From Batkoa obscura (lineage: Eukaryota), in NCBI GenBank assembly GCA_030770535.1, contig JASVEC010000013.1, positions 434,001-498,000 of the forward strand: 64,000 bases of DNA, in the 5' to 3' direction. Each line of letters starts with the position of its first letter. The first letter of the stretch is position 1. Under the pieces are notes generated by a model that was given only the letters and a program-made list of their open reading frames with translations, made no database searches and had not been told where the DNA came from. Positions 62,124 to 64,000 of the stretch are shown here, in pieces. The translations under genes and the position numbers were made by a program.

Positions 62124-64000
62124 ATGTTTAAAAAGAAAAATAAAGAAGTTGCCGTTGTTGATGAAAAGTCAAAAGTCGAAGAAAAAGGAGAAGTTATTGT
62201 TCCAGTTCCATTACTAAAATTATGGGCTTTTGCTACCACTAAAGATGTATTTATCATTTTCTTAGCTATTGTATGTTCTATTTTGAATGGTGTAGCTCAA
62301 CCTTTAATGTCTTTAATCTTTGCTGGTGTCATTAATATGTTCGCTACTTTTGCCCAACAAACCCTAAAAGATCCAGTAGGTGCTGGCGAAACTTTACAAA
62401 ATGACGTCAATGGGTTATGTTTACAATTTGTTGGAATTGGTATAGCTACTTTAGTTACCGCTTATGGTCAAATGAGTTTATGGATGGCTGCTGGTGAATT
62501 ACAAGCAGTTAGAATTCGTCATCGTTATTATCGTGCTATTTTATCCCAAGAAATGGGTTGGTTTGATTCCTCCTCTTCTGGTGATATTTCTTCAAGAATT
62601 TCAGGTGATGTTAATTTAGTTCAAGAAGGCATCTCAGAGAAAATCGGTTTAATGATACAATATGTATCCACTTTTGTTACTGGTTTTGTTATTGCTTTTG
62701 TCAAAGGTTGGAAATTAACTTTAGTTTTATTGGCCGTTGTCCCTTTATTAGCTGGTTGTGGTGCATTTATTGCTAAATTAATCTCTTCAAAATCCGCCGG
62801 TGGTCAATCAGCTTATGGTGAAGCTGGCTCTGTTGCTGAAGAAGTATTTGCTGCTATTAGAACTATTCATTCGTTTGGGTCTCAAAAGCGTGAAGTTGAT
62901 CGTTATGAAACCAAGATCTTTAAAGCACGTAAAGATGGATTTAGGAAAGCCATTATCACTGGGTTAGGTATTGGTACCATTTTAACCATTTTATTCTTTA
63001 CTTATGCCCTTGGTATGTGGTATGGTGCTAAATTGATTGATGAAGAAAACTATGGTCCAGACTCTGTATTAGCTGTTTTCTTTTCAGTGTTGATTGGAGC
63101 CATGTCTATTGGTCAAGCTGCTCCTTCTTTAACTGCTCTTGCAACTGCTCAAGGTGCAGCAGCCAAATTATTCCAAGTAATTGAGAGAGAATCTTTAATT
63201 AACCCATTTACATGTACTGAGGAAATGAAGAGTTTACAACAAAAAGTAGGTGATTTTGCTGGTAATATCAAATTCAATGATACCCGGTTTTCTTACCCAA
63301 GTAGACCAGAGGTTGAAGTTTTAAAGGGAGTTAATTTAAATATCGATTCTGGTACTACTGTAGCTTTGGTCGGACCTTCTGGATCTGGTAAAAGTACTAC
63401 AGTTGGTTTAATTGAACGTTTTTATGATGTCAATGGAGGTTCAGTTACTATTGATGGTATTAATATAAAAGATGTCAGTATCGAGTTTTTAAGAAGTCAT
63501 ATTGGTATTGTTGGTCAAGAGCCTATTTTATTTGCTACTACCATTAAGCAAAATATCTTATTTGGTTTACCTAATCATGAGTACAATGTTAATATAGATA
63601 GCTCTTTACAAAAAAGAATCGAAGATGCCTGTAAATTATCCAATATCCATGATTTTATTATGAGCTTACCTAAAGGTTATGATACCCAAGTAGGTGAAAA
63701 GGGTTCCTTATTATCTGGTGGTCAAAAACAACGTATTGCTATTGCTCGTGCTTTGATTAAAAATCCAAAAATTTTATTATTAGATGAAGCTACCTCTGCT
63801 CTTGACTCTGAATCTGAAAAATTAGTACAAACTGCTATTGATAATGCAGCTAAAAGCCGTACAACGGTTGTAATTGCTCATCGTTTATCAACAATCAAAA
63901 ATGCTGATAAAATTGTAGTATTTGATCATGGACATATCAGAGAAGAAGGTAGTCATGATGAATTATTAAGCAGAGGTGGTATCTATGCTGGATTAGTAGA
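62124..64000 (+). CDS. ABCB1/MDR transporter, runs off the window end (absent from the ORF track)
   Basis: ATG 62124 (MFKKKNKEVAV...), frame open to 64000 through TMD1 and NBD1. Confidence 0.93.
   Translation, partial: MFKKKNKEVAVVDEKSKVEEKGEVIVPVPLLKLWAFATTKDVFIIFLAIVCSILNGVAQPLMSLIFAGVINMFATFAQQTLKDPVGAGETLQNDVNGLCLQFVGIGIATLVTAYGQMSLWMAAGELQAVRIRHRYYRAILSQEMGWFDSSSSGDISSRISGDVNLVQEGISEKIGLMIQYVSTFVTGFVIAFVKGWKLTLVLLAVVPLLAGCGAFIAKLISSKSAGGQSAYGEAGSVAEEVFAAIRTIHSFGSQKREVDRYETKIFKARKDGFRKAIITGLGIGTILTILFFTYALGMWYGAKLIDEENYGPDSVLAVFFSVLIGAMSIGQAAPSLTALATAQGAAAKLFQVIERESLINPFTCTEEMKSLQQKVGDFAGNIKFNDTRFSYPSRPEVEVLKGVNLNIDSGTTVALVGPSGSGKSTTVGLIERFYDVNGGSVTIDGINIKDVSIEFLRSHIGIVGQEPILFATTIKQNILFGLPNHEYNVNIDSSLQKRIEDACKLSNIHDFIMSLPKGYDTQVGEKGSLLSGGQKQRIAIARALIKNPKILLLDEATSALDSESEKLVQTAIDNAAKSRTTVVIAHRLSTIKNADKIVVFDHGHIREEGSHDELLSRGGIYAGLV

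Overview
Very AT-rich eukaryotic DNA, most likely fungal. Short GT-AG introns and the gene content suggest an early-diverging lineage such as Entomophthoromycota, but this is inference. Conserved genes: ataxin-2/PBP1, KRR1, cytosolic PheRS alpha, a strongly diverged APC8/CDC23-like TPR gene, a homeobox TF and a C2H2 TF. Accessory genes: a partial GPCR-like gene, an S28 peptidase plus a decayed S28 pseudogene, three small secreted beta/gamma-crystallin-like proteins, a broken Kelch-like membrane gene, and two ABCB/MDR copies, one a pseudogene. There are six tRNA genes and one tRNA pseudogene. Mobile DNA: an intact Sola-like DDD transposon (22-bp TIRs, ATAT TSD), about 14 ~100-bp MITEs sharing its ends, and a solo-LTR family that includes a triple-nested stack. 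Most notable: (1) the Sola-like element plus its MITE family; (2) two inverted paralog pairs with near-identical tracts inside diverged flanks, suggesting gene conversion; (3) a spliced LINE-ORF1/gag-like zinc-knuckle gene with no pol, a candidate domesticated retroelement gene. All alignments and coordinates were read by eye; no searches were run.
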